From Elysia marginata (taxonomy: Eukaryota): a stretch of 10,756 nucleotides of DNA. The translations under genes and the position numbers were made by a program. Within the stretch, counting starts at the first letter, position 1. Each line of letters starts with the position of its first letter. The notes below the pieces were generated by a model that was not told where the DNA came from, searched no databases, and saw nothing but the letters and a program-made list of their open reading frames with translations. The DNA is taken from NCBI GenBank assembly GCA_019649035.1, contig BMAT01011082.1:33735-44490 (forward strand), in the 5' to 3' direction. Shown here piece by piece: positions 7,864 to 10,756 of this stretch.

Positions 7864-8036
7864 CCATTGAACTGCATTGTTCATGGGATCAATCTTGTTC
7901 AAATTATTGTGCCCATTCAGTTTCTCAGGCTAAAAGAAAAAAACTTTTTAAAAAAAAAGGAAAAATGGTCACTAAGTAAAAATATGTCCCTAAAAAATAT
8001 CCTTGCTTGCCCTACAAGATAAAAGCCTATAGTTAC

Positions 8037-8117
8037 CAGTCCTTCAGTAATGGAGAGCTCTGAGGTGGAGACAACTGTGGACACTTCTTGACCTCCGACT
8101 TCTGCCTTCAGGGTGAC
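8037..8117 (-). CDS. Candidate exon (81 nt, phase 0-0) encoding VTLKAEVGGQEVSTVVSTSELSITEGL
   Basis: Acceptor tttatttcaattaacag|GTC (AG at 8119-8118) and donor GGACTG|GTAACT (GT at 8036-8035). One frame is open and the other two contain stops. GC-richer island. Confidence 0.35.
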
Positions 8118-8202
8118 CTGTTAATTGAAATAAAAAGTAAATAAAGATACAGCATTTCTGAATGTTCTTCGGAAATGTTTGTTACGTTAAAATTGAATCT
8201 TT

Positions 8203-8632
8203 AAAAGAGGGAGGAGCAGGCATAAAGTCATAGACAAAGAGGAAACAGGAACATCAAGGAAAGGGCATGAGAGAAAGAGGAGAGAGGGAGTGTGTGTGAG
8301 AGAGAGGAGAGAGAGAGAGAGGGAGGTTCAGGCTAATAAAGAACAATTTTCCCACGGTTGCGAAAAAGAAGGATGAGCAGACATAAACTGAAAGGCAGAG
8401 AGGTAGTAGGAAAGCCATAAAAAAGAAAGGGTATTTGATAGAGAAAGAGAGAGAGAGATACGGAGGAAGAAAAAGGAGATAGATGGTGATGAAAAGAGAG
8501 AGGGTGGAAATGTAGGCTAATGAAGAAAAATAGAAAGGGTAGATTCCTACAGATGCGAAGAAGAGGGAGGAGCTGGAGTATACCTTAAAGTCAAAGGCAG
8601 TGAGAGAAAGAGAGAGAGGGAGAGAGAGAGCA
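8203..8632. repeat. GA-rich minisatellite with a ~200-bp higher-order unit (~2.2 copies) and embedded (GA)n/(GAGAGG)n runs
   Basis: Unit starts recur: gcgaaaaagaaggatgagcagacataaactgaaaggcagagagg at 8353, gcgaagaagagggaggagctggagtataccttaaagtcaaaggcagtgagag at 8554, and a partial aaagagggaggagcaggcataaagtcatagacaaagagg at 8203. Also ggctaataaagaacaa (8330) matches ggctaatgaagaaaaa (8515). Confidence 0.8.
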
Positions 8633-9539
8633 AGTGACGATGTTTTAACATGGAAATAGAGGCCCGACAGGGAAAGAGAAGACAGCTGTTATCCTTAGAG
8701 ATTCAAGATGAGGTTGAGACTGACGAGTTTCAGTTTCAGTTTCAAGGAGCACTGAAAAATATTTTTCCTAGAAAAAGGTGGGAGCGGTCGACGTTCCTTG
8801 TTTATGTTTGTTTTTGAAATAAAGCAAGAACCTTCTTTGTGTGTGTACAAGAAGGGGAGAGAATATAGGGCCTAGAGTTTACCATTGTAGAATGGTAGAT
8901 CTAGCCTTGAGATCTTTCGATACTCAACTCCTCAAGGCCGCGCAGTGAATGCAGTCAACATTATTTGCCAGTGATCGCATGTGTGGGTCATTGTCCTTTC
9001 CCTTCAGTGTTGTGAAGCGATCGGGCAAGAAAGAATTTATGCACCTCTACTAACTACTAAGATAGGGCAATGACCTGATGACCCCACAGGGCATTAACCT
9101 TTGCTCATCATTACAAAGCTGCGCTTGATTTTACTGATACACCGCAAGTATTAGGCAAACTTGCAGAAACTGACACACAGAAAAGGAGGAAGAAAGAACC
9201 AGTATCATAGTTCAGTAGTTGACGAAATAGGTTTTTCCCCAATGTCTGAACAATACTTTATATAAATGAAGGTCAAAATATTCCCGGCCATATGTCTCGC
9301 ATCCACTGTGAATAAGATGAACATATCCTGAGTTTTAATTTGTGAAAACACCTCTTAAAAGTATATTTTTTCCCTCTTTTTCTCTATATTTTAGATGAAA
9401 AGAATTTCTCATATCTTGAGAAGTTTTGAGAAGTGAATACAATTTTAAAAGTTAAATAAAAAACTGATGGGTTTTAAAGTGAAATTTGCAACCCCCATAT
9501 AATTCACGCTAGTTGCCAGTCATATTACTATTTTATTAC

Positions 9540-9710
9540 CATTGTGCAGTTGGGAACGTAACCGTATACAATCTGCTGTGAGCCGCTAAACAACGCTGTG
9601 ATCTGCCGAGGGGCCTGGGCCGGGGGTGGAAGGTTGTCGTCATATTGCCGCCACTCCACAGAAACAGAGGTGAGCCCTGGTTGCATGGCCTTTGTTATTT
9701 GGCTTTTCAC
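9540..9710 (-). CDS. Candidate exon (171 nt, phase 0-0) encoding VKSQITKAMQPGLTSVSVEWRQYDDNLPPPAQAPRQITALFSGSQQIVYGYVPNCTM
   Basis: It lies within listed ORF 9528..9710 (-), which starts on GTG. Acceptor gcgattttatcgagcag|GTG (AG at 9712-9711) and donor ACAATG|GTAATA (GT at 9539-9538). It is the most GC-rich patch of the window. Confidence 0.4.
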
Positions 9711-9894
9711 CTGCTCGATAAAATCGCAAAAAAAAAAAAAGAAGAAACATGAGATTTCAAATGATAGTTGTTTTTTTTTTTAATCGAATGAATGACGAAA
9801 TGCTGGGCCAATTACGGTTAACCAGGTATAGGTTGCTCAGATTAGTTTTGATTCCACTAAATACACAGACTTTTTTACTCTTTTTAAATGCAAT

Positions 9895-10100
9895 ACAGTC
9901 AAACCGCTGAACAAACACCTGCAAAAATGTTGGTAAAAAAAACCCGTCTTATAAGTGTAATGCGGAGGGGGGGGGTCTTAGTTAACGGGTTTAATTACTA
10001 TACTCATTAAAGCGGATGTCCTTATATCTAAAGTCACACATTAAGAGGGGTGGTCTATATTGAGGGAGTATTAGCTGCCGGGTTCCACCGTATCTCAGGT
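9895..10100 (+). repeat. Copy A of a ~200-bp interspersed repeat family containing an internal G9-10 tract (unclassified, SINE- or MITE-like)
   Basis: It aligns along its length, at roughly 70-75% identity, with 10319-10506: acagtcaaaccgctgaacaaacacctgcaaaaatgttgg...cggagggggggggtcttagttaacggg...aagtcacacattaagaggggtggtctatattgagggagt...gggttccaccgtatctcagg. Confidence 0.7.
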
Positions 10101-10318
10101 AATAAAAAAACTAGCTAGAGTTATGACTTTTTCAACTTTTTAAAAAGAAAAAAAAAATAAATTACTGGGAAAAAAATGCTATCATTTCCACATTTCTTGG
10201 CTCTGACTTGTGTCTGGTTTAAGAGAAACTAATGATGCAAAATTTCATGATCTTAGCAAAAAAAAAAGGGGGGGGGGGAAAGCAAAAACATTTTTTTTCT
10301 GTTGTTAAATTGAAACTA

Positions 10319-10506
10319 TACAGTTGAACCCCTGAATAACCTTGTAAAATGTTGCTCAAAACAGGTCTTACAAGAGGGGGGGGCTTAGTTTACGAGTCAA
10401 ATTATTATATCCATATAAGCAGACATCTTCAAAATTAAAGTCACATAAGAGAGGTGGTCTTTATTGAGGGGGTCTTAATCGAGGGGTTCCACAGTATTCA
10501 AAACTC
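10319..10506 (+). repeat. Copy B of the same ~200-bp repeat family, direct orientation
   Basis: atacagttgaacccctgaataaccttgtaaaatgttgctc...agagggggggggcttagtttacgag...aagtcacataagagaggtggtctttattgagggggtc...ggggttccacagtattcaaaact is colinear with copy A. Confidence 0.7.
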
Positions 10507-10756
10507 CAATTCAAGAGTGAAGATTACTTTAACATGCAGTTACCACACTTTTGAGTTTTGTTTGGCTATCATGTATGTGCTATACATTACATGGGACTAA
10601 ACAATCACTGTTGTAATCATATTTACAGAGGAGAGACTGCACGCAAGAGTATCCACTACTTAAGTCTGCAAGTTTTCTTCATTTTTAAAATCCATTAGGC
10701 AATCTTGGAAAAAATGGTTTGAAGCAAGCAATAGCATGTTCTCTTTAGTTTCCATC

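Noticed and set aside
8930-9070. CpG-containing GC-richer patch with a strong plus-strand acceptor (ttgtcctttcccttcag|TG at ~9007)
   Set aside because: No frame on either strand stays open between plausible acceptor-donor pairs. It was left unannotated as a possible UTR or regulatory patch.
1-10756. Prokaryotic-style annotation (operons, RBS, phage or defence islands)
   Set aside because: The longest ORF is 120 aa and is itself a spliced-exon read-through. Coding density is very low, and the window has microsatellites, a SINE, a piggyBac-like MITE and GT-AG-bounded exons. The sequence is eukaryotic.

Overview
This window reads as AT-rich (~one-third GC) eukaryotic, probably invertebrate metazoan, genomic DNA rather than a prokaryotic locus. 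There are no long ORFs. Instead there are short GC-richer open segments bounded by AG/GT splice-like signals, long homopolymer and microsatellite tracts, and several interspersed repeats. The best-supported coding element is a minus-strand exon (about 228-473) encoding a ubiquitin-like domain close in sequence to ubiquitin itself (core spanning the ubiquitin fold and ending RLRGG). The upstream ORF (1072-1428) and the Ubl exon can be joined by a phase-compatible GT/AG intron. Reading the minus strand by eye, I can assemble a tentative nine-exon model (9710 down to 228, all intron phases compatible) whose last exon is the Ubl domain. Only the Ubl exon is supported by recognisable homology; the other eight exons rest on splice signals plus phase compatibility alone and need RNA-seq or homology confirmation. 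The predicted introns hold (i) a ~47-bp tandem satellite (4013-5030) interrupted by a ~607-bp piggyBac-like nonautonomous element (TTAA target duplication, CCCC...GGGG termini, 10-bp TIR, triplicated palindromic subterminal motifs), (ii) a ~305-bp tRNA-derived SINE with A and B boxes, an (AACC)n tail and a 10/11-bp target-site duplication, (iii) a GA-rich ~200-bp-unit minisatellite, and (iv) two diverged direct copies of a ~200-bp poly-G-containing repeat. Several perfect short hairpins and G-tracts are also present. Most listed six-frame ORFs are repeat or low-complexity translations and are rejected.
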